A DNA stretch of 35,275 nucleotides. Source: Phycisphaerales bacterium (lineage in GTDB: Bacteria; Planctomycetota; Phycisphaerae; WQYP01). Of this stretch, positions 12,301 through 17,702 are shown one piece after another. Every line of letters starts with the position of its first letter. The first letter of the stretch is position 1. The position numbers and the translations under genes are program-made. The stretch is from NCBI GenBank assembly GCA_027451365.1, contig DAIDJN010000046.1, positions 1 through 35,275 of the forward strand, read 5' to 3'. Below the pieces are notes generated by a model. That model saw nothing but the letters and a program-made list of their open reading frames with translations, did no database searches and was not told the DNA's origin.

Positions 12301-13557
12301 GTAATTCGTATCCGCGGAAAGACTGCCGATCGTGTATGTCGTCGCAGAAGCGGGAGCCGTTCCCACCGCGATATAAGCCCCGCCTCCCACAGCTTCCTGA
12401 ATATCAAATCCGCTGATGTTGCTTCCGCTGTCCGACCAGGAAACTGCCACAGCGTTATCGCCGGAGGCGCTGGCCAAAACGCTGGTCGGCACCGCCGGAA
12501 CCGGTGCCGTCGCAGTGGTAACCGCAACCGAATTGGAAGCAGAGGAAACTCCGCCCGCATCTGTTGCCTCCACTACAAACGTATACGCAGTGCCAGCAAG
12601 CAAATTATCCACGGTAAATTGAGTTTGGGTCGCCTGCGTCGCCCCAACCTCTGCGAAATGGACGCCATCCACCGATTGTTCAATCACATATCCGGCCACA
12701 TTTGTATCAGAAACGCCCCGCCACGTCAGGTGAGTGGAATCGTAAGTAATCTGTGAAGCGGCAAGCGAACCTGGAGCAGCGGAAACCTGACCCACCGTCA
12801 ATGTATTCGAGAAATAGGAACCGTCGTCATCCGTAGCCGATGCCGTAATATTGTACGATTGCCCCGCCGCCGCATATTGGTGTGACATGCTCGTCGGATT
12901 GCCCGTCACATTGGTTACGGACGTATCGCCCCAGTTGATCTGCCAGGACGAAATTGCATCTGAATCAGGATCAGAAGCGTACAGCGCTGAAAGACTTAGG
13001 TCATACGACGCCCCATCGAGGAAGGTCGAAGGGCCGGAGATATTGACAGATGGCGCAACCGCGCTAACCGTCGCAACGCCGTCTCCGGTGCTTGTCCCAC
13101 TCGGACCGCTGACCGTCACCGCGGTTGAATAGTTTCCGGAATCCAGCCAGGCGTGCGCGGCAGTGACATCAAATCCGCCATTAGGGTCAGTCGTAATCTG
13201 ACCGCTGGAATTATTGCCATCGCCCCAAGCCACGTTGGCTGAATAATTCGCTGGCGTTGTGCCCGTCTGACTGTCCGTGAACCGGGCCACCACAATTGCG
13301 GAGGTTGTACCTTCATATACGGAAAAATTATCCGGCGTCACCGATATGGTTGAAGAAAGCATGATGCGCGGCTCAAGCTGCTCAAACACAAGTCCGGCGC
13401 GCGGCCGTGAACGGACTCGCAACTCGCCCGATACATGGCTTGAATTCCATACTATGTCGCGTAACCATGGCAAGCCTCCCCATGACCAGCGAAGCGCTGC
13501 GAGAAACCTGTGGACCGGATTACGGACCGATTTTGCCTGCTTGCGATTTGCCACCAT
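1..13557 (-). CDS. Giant LEPR-xLL extracellular/surface protein (adhesin-like): PKD-like x2, FN3 x2, ~19 Big_9/cadherin-like repeats, long beta-solenoid region; 3' partial, >=4,519 aa
   Basis: Manual translation of the minus frame (codons at + positions 1 mod 3) reads as protein from ATG 13557 (MVANRKQAKSVRNPVHRFLAALRWSWGG...GLVFEQLEPRIMLSS) to base 1 (...GAISGNITASNNINQIISADAITA). SD-like GAAAGGA lies upstream of the ATG, and the nearest upstream in-frame stop is at 13708-13710. The track lists no closed ORF in this frame, consistent with no internal stop. Confidence 0.93.
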   Translation of the reverse strand, partial: MVANRKQAKSVRNPVHRFLAALRWSWGGLPWLRDIVWNSSHVSGELRVRSRPRAGLVFEQLEPRIMLSSTISVTPDNFSVYEGTTSAIVVARFTDSQTGTTPANYSANVAWGDGNNSSGQITTDPNGGFDVTAAHAWLDSGNYSTAVTVSGPSGTSTGDGVATVSAVAPSVNISGPSTFLDGASYDLSLSALYASDPDSDAISSWQINWGDTSVTNVTGNPTSMSHQYAAAGQSYNITASATDDDGSYFSNTLTVGQVSAAPGSLAASQITYDSTHLTWRGVSDTNVAGYVIEQSVDGVHFAEVGATQATQTQFTVDNLLAGTAYTFVVEATDAGGVSSASNSVAVTTATAPVPAVPTSVLASASGDNAVAVSWSDSGSNISGFDIQEAVGGGAYIAVGTAPASATTYTIGSLSADTNYSFIVAAYNSFGLSAYSVPATVTTAAAAPSPITLQPHRYSGYEGQQLSVTAGSGLLSGATGPSGATLTAALVGSPENGSISVNSDGSFTYYAGNTTGPDTFSYSVSDGRGDVVTGTANLTVLATGTPQIQNQTYYAAHDSTLSVTDPAQGVLAGAVDPNGLPLTATAVTQPGNGSLTLNPDGTFVYTPKPGYVGTDSFTYQASDGTKSWTALVNFVVTNAAPVVQNVYYSVAAGQTLNVSDLEGLLSAASDADGDVLTVVPVNSTTYDGGRISIQGTGAFTYTPANDFTGTDSVEFGITDGASTSYATLTLNVTAGLPAAADMTYTLVEGTVLNIGAGDGLLTAASDSANSPLEVDGGSTVTTATGHGSVTINSDGSFIYTPDQGYFGSDSFTYFVSNGVKQSNTATVTLDITGQTIVAPVENYVVSPGDTLNIAAASGLLAGIGNPVPGTAVTAQAVGYPMDGSLTLNSDGSFTYTPYSGFSGTDQFSYNVTCGSLTSNTATVLINVVAASPIGQAVNYSVEHNQTLVVNAADGVLASDSSPSGGVLTAQLVNSAGHGWLSFNADGSFTYVPNNGFVGTDSFTYSASDGATTSAPILVDIAVQDSPPQATGQTYSVYENSTLNASPGILASATDSDGDPLNATLLQSTNSGTLAFNSNGTFTYTPTAGYFGSDSFTYSVSDGNSSVTATATINVLPVALPPVTTPPSYSTGEGQTLNETVDGVLAYATDPQNLPMSVNLVSGTTDGSLTFNSNGTFSYTPAPGFTGTDSFTYTVSDGTGTSSPVTAAITVAGMPPTAANSSVTVKENTTLTVPSGAGLLSLATGPGGYTLSANLLYAPSHGTLALNTNGAYTYTPQSGYTGSDSFMYDISDAAGTSNAATVSITVSSQTVITNPLTYRTGLNQNLIAGVALGVLRDDWTTDGSTLTAVLDSAPSTGSVVLNSDGSFTYSPATGFVGTTSFTYQADSSSGVDSGPVTVTINVVNAVPVAANLSYSVIHGQTLTISAQQGLIGTAYDTDGDPMTVASAGAMGTGHGFVTLSANGSFVYTPNAGFVGTDTFNYAVSDGTSTSTSATVTITVTDSAPAGVPQSYQLLHDQSLSGNVMNGATNADGTPMTAQVYNTVQHGNLSLNPNGTFTYTPTAGYVGGDSFSYTLNDGAVNSLPATVSIDVYNELPELTSQAFTIDMATGNGTLTGNLLTDVSDPDGDSITASLSNGSNNYVISSMSTAHGSVSITAGGQFTYTPNADYQGPDGFSYTALDSAGAATPATVAINVTNSLPQSVNEFFSTDGTNAATGNVLSTPTQDSGSNLPLTARLSNGAYGYYGPPPGYGGYGGYSAGPQSQPTTAGGTVTLNSNGQFSYTSPNNFVGTDSFSYVLSSGAATSAPAVVTIDVNPLPPQTVSAVFDGTPGQNITGNVLANAPTGQTLMVASVNGQTLSTSSNSSIPMPDGALSIASSGAFTFTPDAGFSGNDTFNYVAANQYLQSTATNVSLDYAGSALQVQNATGSTQEGTALSGNLTNNVTTVGTQSPYTVTSVNGVTVGASSATINLADGVLTISGSGGFSYQPNKGFYGSDSFNYTVSNGQSQASGSYTINVSAALPAGSALTFTATENQPLTISTANLLAGVTDTNAGAGTLAAGISAGPLDGSLSASGSSWVYTPRNNFSGKDEFTYTVTDALGFTSAPILVTVTVNPGEVTTAATINAATLENQSTTINLANYINNLPWLAAGGSGLTVTITSSPGYGDASAAGTSITYTPWMDEYTGSGSSSSGADRIGYTLSDGKGDSVSGTVFVTVEHQDSQPWLNNVTLNTTENSTGSYGLGNLLDTNGYPIWAANVRITNQPASGTAWASGDTLYYKPNYDFSGSDSFTYQVYGPNWLSATGTATVKVASASQPGAFQSPSGPESPFVGTPPQDSLNGHPDNNQSNFSLPGGGSIQFVTGSDIISVSASASYASGPNQPMVSVSINGDSVGVSVSGYAQNASVSVSDTPLAGGFPSVKLSFTGSAANVSLYSAGTIASYHAAGNLTVSTGGYMPAMTAAGKLWANSGGSMGNMTAGAGAYLNATGSIGAVSAATSDEIWALDGAIGSINLSGNLGTTTSWYYQSITASGNIGNVTIGGQMLGGIETRGDMTGAVSVTGNISGSINASGNISGGISSQGNISGDISVGGNITSAISAGGYINTISGTGGISGSGSISAGSTIAQINVQGNLDGSITAPGGITVGINADGSINATIDTQAANIGSITAAGDIAGSITAGGTQQIKAAGGDVSANVTLSGSIGYLNSSNYYGLIAGGDISGIVHAVSIIVVNAGRDISGQISTSGVADGIYVGRDITSKAKLLVQQTPSVDVGRNFDGTFTTQSNISWIDVANTIGGTLSITGSVTGDIAAGSDVVGYFYPSGQFNGANITVTGNLAELDEYNSGAQLGQVTGSTVTVGGYIGKIGIQGSMSGSTITAAGNIGAITVGSSADYGGDFAGTVTSSGGSIASVNVLHGSMNANLSANLSISDVQASANIGGNISSGTQGVLNISAGGTISGNITAQTTIGAPYGNGVTAGANISGNVTATTGNITFVTAGNLVGGSVTGNISAGGYIGAITADAATNINTSIDPTVATPGNWLSQLENMTPGQLPQTPTAPAQPGMPGTSGLQGNVSGDIQAAGSIASITAAGGYIGGTIAAGTTLGNLWSLGDMSATVSAKTGGISIDAWGKVSGKVNSPDQITVNAGGDITGTLTSTAESIIAAAGGYIRGTIVSALSTALSAMAGMAPQVTSQYLEEISWGVVSGSFVEKVDQAILPSTGTILIESVGNCNIAMSLASDAADAISSAIFATWGFLDLPPVTVDGYSFAFSNGGITLDSPVTADKSVDYVTAGNFSGTVISDGTVGINALGIVNATIEGDTNAGPQSVTIAGASVSGSIDGENVFINSAGEMSAQINGYSGANRASQTIIISSNGDFTGNIQGSGTVNLVTGGNDSGTIDSMGNIALTVWGDISGNVDSYAGASGIFSGGSVSGTILGHDYVRLASFGQITSSISTASYGGAAGGYVQVFTATDWSGASVSSQGDVVVQSLGSVGGTITAGAGSYSGTEFNVNLTASGDISAAIQSSGNITISSLGNITAAARLTASAGYISAQAGQDFQAAANAQGDISVLAAIINDSQQIISTMGGVTLNSLGALTASNVSAASVAELFAGVSSISSSSSSSYSSGSGGAALSANVTLTQTSGGYVELNSLGEISSNTTVTAPGAKVVAFAGGNANFSVAGTAGNYANSVNVTAQGTLDGTFDAVTSVNAFSHGALGGANFSATTSGSGSYIGLSSDGALAVNATSAGSISAASMTTLTGTFNAGTVAGASTPAQQPGSVTLTAIGNISSITANAYSSASVTTDATLSTATINVGTNAPSTVLPTDEFGSADISAANAISNLQLNTRDISSVSSDQANISGTLNIDQGNFTSPYSENTVYAGTGLDSHATITSGGDLDISTPQAMAATVNVVQNVSVEALGNVSGSVQAGESVTISADNLTSSVTAGTSIAVSAAGYVSGNVTAHGGSSDVSALGNISGTTSASNGANVYATGNLTGTVTTKTGDATVTVGGYINAGIQAGITDSAGTYSAAIVTAIGNISTPVSASGYANVTTLGNLTGNVTAGTNATVSSSGYTNSQIQATAGYANVSTMLSVQGGVQAATNATISAIDNVAGTVTAGQNATVSSLTGNITGNVTASAGYASLTAQGYIINTTGAGTNVSLSAGGYVLSTVNAGDTANVVTGGQSELQLTAGQNVLVTAGSQLSGNLTASAGYMSLSAAGAINAQLHSAGQMTINAMSELAGNATSSSGSIWVTAAGAMSMSLFASGAGEQQIDVTALDGMTGGTLSASGYVSVAAAGQLNASVIAGSGASVISSGTVTGSVLAGSGNLNLLAGGSVVLTNASANGALTIAALGAVSTNGGVISASKLQIAAGADLSVNVSGGSISLLTLANDSSTANATQSLQIQAQGTLGGNYTSDGTLQLASWTGITSSTTATAANITQVWSIGPVAGSFTGTQNIGSIQSYSGINATVNSGNNQTGLPTTEGNIQSVQAWGAISGNITASNNINQIISADAITA
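6630..12210 (-). repeat. Tandem array of ~19 Ig-like Big_9/cadherin-like (tandem-95-type) domains, ~95-100 aa each
   Basis: The signature G(S/T)F(T/S)YTP..G(F/Y).G.DSF(T/S)Y.(V/A)SDG recurs about every 290 bp, e.g. GTFTYTPTAGYFGSDSFTYSVSDG (~10260-10325) and GTFSYTPAPGFTGTDSFTYTVSDG (~9970-10042). 19 copies counted by eye. Confidence 0.88.
12232..12780 (-). other. Two fibronectin type III domains in the giant protein
   Basis: AAPGSLAASQITYDSTHLTW...GYVIEQS...FTVDNLLAGTAYTFVVEATDAGG and VPTSVLASASGDNAVAVSWSD...YTIGSLSADTNYSFIVAAYNSFG show the FN3 W..Y..L..Y.F.V.A pattern. Confidence 0.88.
12795..13340 (-). other. Two PKD-like domains in the giant protein
   Basis: YSANVAWGDG...AAHAWLDSGNYSTAVTV and SSWQINWGD...SHQYAAAGQSYNITASATDDDG match the PKD-type WGDG / H.Y...G.Y pattern. 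Confidence 0.8.
13357..13557 (-). other. Basic 67-aa leader ending in a LEPR-xLL-type motif (FEQLEPRIML)
   Basis: LEPRIML is encoded at 13357-13377 and is preceded by an Arg/Trp-rich, non-Sec-like N-terminus, as in planctomycete extracellular-protein leaders. Confidence 0.85.
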
Positions 13558-13721
13558 CGGACGGAATTCCTTTCCCCGGGCCCCGAACGCCTGTACCAGC
13601 GCGCTGGGGGAAAGACCACATCGATCAATCACGGCTCTCAAACCATCCACAAAAAATTTTCTCGGCTTGGTCAGGCCAATTACAGATGCATGGCCGCCCA
13701 AAGCGTTTTAGAAGTTCGCGA

Positions 13722-13751
13722 ATAATAATCGCATCTAAATCAATCTGTCAA
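13722..13751 (-). promoter_or_regulatory. Candidate sigma70 promoter for the giant gene
   Basis: Minus strand TTGACA (13751-13746), 18 nt spacer, TATTAT (13727-13722), about 165 nt upstream of the ATG. Confidence 0.55.
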
Positions 13752-14239
13752 GTAAAATTCCACATCGTGTACAAATTTAGCGCATAATTGGAAGTTTCGA
13801 TACCGCAGACTGCAAGATTCAATCGATTCAGTAATTTGCTTGATAAAGGGCCTGTCCGCGATCCATTTATTCAGCTTTTTGTTCCGGCTGCGATTGGGTT
13901 CTTAAAGATTTGTCGCCGCGTGGAAGTCCTGGTGCCCTGCACACCGGCACATGTTGTTCGTTGTCTTTCGCAGACTTCGCACAAAAATTATCGCGGCGAA
14001 TCTGTTAAACCCGCAGTCATGCGTGCAACAATTTGCTCACGATTGTCGCTTACCGGACAGGCATCGCAATCCCGGTACGCCAGGAGCTGACCATCTGTAT
14101 TTAGGTCACAGTAGTTGGCAGTTTTATTTAAAGCAACTCACCCCGCCCTCGCGAAAAATTAATCAATTTCCTACCTGCGGGGCGCACGGTTCAACCAACG
14201 CGTTTCCACGCCCGCTTTCGCCAAGATTCCGGAACAAAG

Positions 14240-14267
14240 TTGACAAAATACTTTATCTTATTATAAT
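14240..14267 (+). promoter_or_regulatory. Consensus sigma70 promoter for the fucose-isomerase-family gene
   Basis: TTGACA (14240-14245), 16 nt spacer, TATAAT (14262-14267); both hexamers are perfect. Confidence 0.8.
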
Positions 14268-14381
14268 TTTTTTTCGGTCCTTTTCGGCAGCTGCGTCCAT
14301 CTCGCAATGCCTAATAGGACGAATATATTTTCGGCGGCGGTGCCATTGCCCAAGCGGCGGCATTGATAACGGAGTTTAATC

Positions 14382-15845
14382 ATGAAAATCGGCATTTTGA
14401 CATTTGGCGATGGGCGCCGGCGTGTAACCGAAGCATCCACCCCGGATTGCATGCGTTTCCAGAAAAAACTTCAGGAGTTTCTCGCCCAACACGGACATGA
14501 AGTGGTGGCTGGAAATGCCGTGGTCTGGAACCATGAAACTGTCGAAAAGCAATGCGCACGACTGAACCGCGCCGGAGTTCAGGCCGTGGTATTCAACTTC
14601 GTCATTTGGAGCTACCCGGACTTGACCGCACAGGCGGCGATCCGGTTTGACCCGGCAGTCAGCATTATGATGTACGGCGTGCTCAATCCATCTTATCCGG
14701 GCTGGGTCGCCTATTTTGCCAGTGCCGGTTCCATGACGGAGATCGGTCGGCCATTTTCCCGAGCCTTGGGCGATTTGGCTGACCCCGTGGTCAAGGCAGC
14801 CATGAGCCAATGGCTGAATGACGCCAATCCCCAACGACGACTGGATGGCATCACCGCGGCGGAAAAGTTGCATGGGCAACGCTATGGCCGCTTCGACGGT
14901 CCATCCATGGGGATGTACACCGGCCACCTGGATGAAAGCCAATGGATGAGCAGGTTCGGCGTACATGTGGTGCACCGTGGGCAGCTCTGGTTCTGGGAAA
15001 TGGCCCGGAAGATTGAAGCAAAGCGCGTTAAAACCGGGCTGGAATGGCTGGAAAGCGTCTGTCGGGAAGTAAAATATGATGGCAAAAAGCTCACCCGCGG
15101 CGTCGACGGCACACTTGCCCGCCAGGTCCGCATGTATCTGGCTCTAAAAGATTTCTGCCGTGATGAAGGAATCGATTTCTGCGGTTTAACCGGCCAGTTG
15201 GACATGACGGAACAGCCGCACATGTGCATCATGGATGTACAGGAAGCATTGCTTAACGACAATGCGGACTGGGAAGAATCCAAAAAGAAGCCTTTGATCT
15301 GCGCCACGGAATGCGACAGCAATGGTGCCCTGACCATGCAACTCATGCACATGATCAGCGGAACGCCGGTGCTGTTTGCCGATATGCGGCATTATTTTGC
15401 CGAGCACGATGTTTACGATCTGGTGAATTCCGGCCAGCATGCCCCCTGGTTCAGCCGCCGTCACAAAGACTACCGGAAAAACTGGGCCGAGGTGACACTG
15501 TATCCGGCGATGGATTTTTATTTCCACGCGGGCGGCGCCAGCGTTCAGTTCTATTCACAACCCGCGGAGCTTATCACCTTAGGGCGCATCACACGCAAGC
15601 GCGGCGAATTTCAGATGCATCTGGTGCGCGCCAGCGTGCCGGATATCGGTTTTGAAACCATGGAAAGCCTCGCGAAGCAGACCACTTATACCTGGCCCCA
15701 CATGTTTGTGCGATTCAAATGCCCGCCGGAAGCTATCGGGCAACATTACAGTTCCAATCATATTCACGGCATTTTTGGGGACCATATCGCCGCCCTGACG
15801 GCCGCCGGCGAACATCTGGGAATGGAAGTGACGGTACTGGGATAA
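14382..15845 (+). CDS. L-fucose/D-arabinose isomerase family protein (FucI-like)
   Basis: 487 aa with GGAG RBS. Motifs SMGMYT, DVQEALLND..DW, ATECDSNG, TWPH.F and SSNHIHG correspond to the FucI-family catalytic Glu/Asp and metal-binding His segments. Confidence 0.85.
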   Translation: MKIGILTFGDGRRRVTEASTPDCMRFQKKLQEFLAQHGHEVVAGNAVVWNHETVEKQCARLNRAGVQAVVFNFVIWSYPDLTAQAAIRFDPAVSIMMYGVLNPSYPGWVAYFASAGSMTEIGRPFSRALGDLADPVVKAAMSQWLNDANPQRRLDGITAAEKLHGQRYGRFDGPSMGMYTGHLDESQWMSRFGVHVVHRGQLWFWEMARKIEAKRVKTGLEWLESVCREVKYDGKKLTRGVDGTLARQVRMYLALKDFCRDEGIDFCGLTGQLDMTEQPHMCIMDVQEALLNDNADWEESKKKPLICATECDSNGALTMQLMHMISGTPVLFADMRHYFAEHDVYDLVNSGQHAPWFSRRHKDYRKNWAEVTLYPAMDFYFHAGGASVQFYSQPAELITLGRITRKRGEFQMHLVRASVPDIGFETMESLAKQTTYTWPHMFVRFKCPPEAIGQHYSSNHIHGIFGDHIAALTAAGEHLGMEVTVLG

Positions 15846-16084
15846 AAAGCGGAATCAGGTTTGATCATTCATTCATTTGCAAGCCAGCGAGCCGACACTG
15901 GCAGACGGGTTGTTACCAAGAATTGTCTCGCGTTCGTCGTGTGAAAAAGCTGCGGGCGAATTTCAGTGCGGATACCAATTTTTCGAATGCTGTCCCTCCG
16001 CAGATTTTCTTTTGTACCCAAGCTTTATTGCGAACAACCGGCTATTGCGAACGTCCGGATCGCAATTGCATTGCTTCCGTAACA

Positions 16085-16390
16085 TTACGTCGCACTTTTC
16101 AGTCGTGACACGACCGGTCGGCCACGCACTGAAGTGCGCAAGCTTCCAAGCATTGAAACAGGAATTTGCAAGAGCCACACGATTTTTTTCTGGCCCCATC
16201 GTTTGCGCCCATAGCCGAACTGGTGGCCGCCGGGGGCAGCCCGACAACGTTGGCCCAAAGCTACCAATACCTCCATAGCAGCCCACAAGGTAGAGTTCTT
16301 ATCAAACACTTCAGCGTTTCGGGTGTATGATTCGCGGCGAAAATCGTCAAGGCTGAAAAGATACGTCTGGCCTGATGGTGATTTTTCCAT
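16085..16390 (-). CDS. Possible small hypothetical protein (101 aa), doubtful
   Basis: ATG start with an AAGGA about 13 nt upstream and a protein-like first half (MEKSPSGQTYLFSLDDFRRESY...WAAMEVLVALG). It is the best candidate in an otherwise empty ~930 bp gap. No family recognised. Confidence 0.25.
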   Translation of the reverse strand: MEKSPSGQTYLFSLDDFRRESYTRNAEVFDKNSTLWAAMEVLVALGQRCRAAPGGHQFGYGRKRWGQKKIVWLLQIPVSMLGSLRTSVRGRPVVSRLKSAT

Positions 16391-16773
16391 ACGCTAAATC
16401 TGGTCCTTGCGAAATAATTCAGGGAACATCAGCTGGCTGTGATGTATGGTAAAAATAAATTGGGCACCATTATTATTATTGGGACTTTGAAACAAAGCGA
16501 CCATTTTTTCGCCAAAAGCGGGTGTATATTTGAACCCAATGCATCTATCACAAGCGTTGCGCCATCGCGCATGGCTTGAAAGATATACTAAAACAATTGG
16601 AGCAACTGACGTGCGCGTACACATTGTAAGGCAACTTAGCCAGCGCGATTCGTCGTACGGACACTTTTTTCTCCGCGTTTGGCATTTTTGTTTATTCATA
16701 TTATCGTTAGACCTGGATGGCCGGACAAGGCCGAGATCCGATTTCCGCCGTTGTACCAACGTGGAGCCAGTCA

Positions 16774-17601
16774 ATGCCTCCGTTCCGCCATGCGGTTCAA
16801 ATGTATACTCTGCGCAACGTGGCCGGCCAGGACTTCGCCGGCGCGTGCCGCCGACTTGCGGCGATGGGATTTCAGGGCGCCGAACTCACCGACAGGCGGA
16901 GGCAATTAAGTGCGGCCAATTTGAAAAAACTGGGCCAGGACTGCGGTTTGACATGGCTTTCAGTTCATGTGCCTCTTGAGGAAATGGAGTCTGATTTATA
17001 CCCAATTATGGACTATTATCGCCAGGCTGGCGTTATGACGCTGGTCTGTCCATGGATAAATGAACAAAGACGAAAAACATTTGACGATTGGCAAAAGATC
17101 GGCACCATTTTAAAGGACATCAGTGCCACGCTTCGCCAGGCCGACATGACGCTGGCCTATCATCATCACGATTTTGAATTTTTGAATATCCCTATTCCCG
17201 TTCCTGATGCGGCGGCGAGGGTCGGAAACCTCTTTGGACAGCCTGGCGGAGCCGTCACCTGCGGCATGGACATTATTCTGCGGGCCACAGCGCCGGCCAA
17301 TGTAAAAATTGAGCTTGATACATACTGGCTGTATTTCGTTGGATTAAACCCCGCGGAAATTATTCGCGGCGTTGCTGATCAATTGGCGCTGCTCCACTGC
17401 AAGGATATGGCCATGGGTGAAGGGTGCGAATTTGCGCCCGTTGGATCGGGCCGTCTGGACTGGGCCCAAATTCTGGCCGGTGCCAGAGCAGCGGGCGTGG
17501 AATGGCTGATTGTGGAGCAGGATGACTGTTACGGCCAGGATCCGTTTACCTGCCTGGCCGCCAGCATAAGTTATTTAAGACGCCTGAATAATATGGTATA
17601 A
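16774..17601 (+). CDS. Sugar phosphate isomerase/epimerase (xylose-isomerase-like TIM barrel, IolE/AP_endonuc_2 family)
   Basis: AVQMYTLR, GFQGAE, LAYHHHDFEF, ELDTYW, LHCKD, G.G.LDW and WLIVEQD motifs. Start moved to ATG 16774 (GGAG upstream) from 16717 in the track. Confidence 0.9.
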   Translation: MPPFRHAVQMYTLRNVAGQDFAGACRRLAAMGFQGAELTDRRRQLSAANLKKLGQDCGLTWLSVHVPLEEMESDLYPIMDYYRQAGVMTLVCPWINEQRRKTFDDWQKIGTILKDISATLRQADMTLAYHHHDFEFLNIPIPVPDAAARVGNLFGQPGGAVTCGMDIILRATAPANVKIELDTYWLYFVGLNPAEIIRGVADQLALLHCKDMAMGEGCEFAPVGSGRLDWAQILAGARAAGVEWLIVEQDDCYGQDPFTCLAASISYLRRLNNMV

Positions 17602-17702
17602 TAACTGTATGGTACTTGGACTTGCGCCGGCCATTGGGGCTTGAGCAACAAGACGGGTTTCAACCATTCCGCAATCGGCTGATGTGAAACAGGAGTCTGT
17701 GT

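Noticed and set aside
88..13711. Dozens of short ORFs in the track (e.g. 5218..6030 +, 3812..4417 +, 13277..13711 +)
   Set aside because: They are antisense or off-frame shadows of the giant minus-strand gene, with no recognisable motifs.
13788..14379. ORFs 13788..14090 and 13951..14379
   Set aside because: Non-ATG starts, no family features, and the second overlaps the consensus promoter; more likely regulatory DNA.
15846..16773. Replication origin in the AT-richer gap
   Set aside because: No cluster of DnaA boxes (TTATCCACA) was seen and there is no dnaA/dnaN context.
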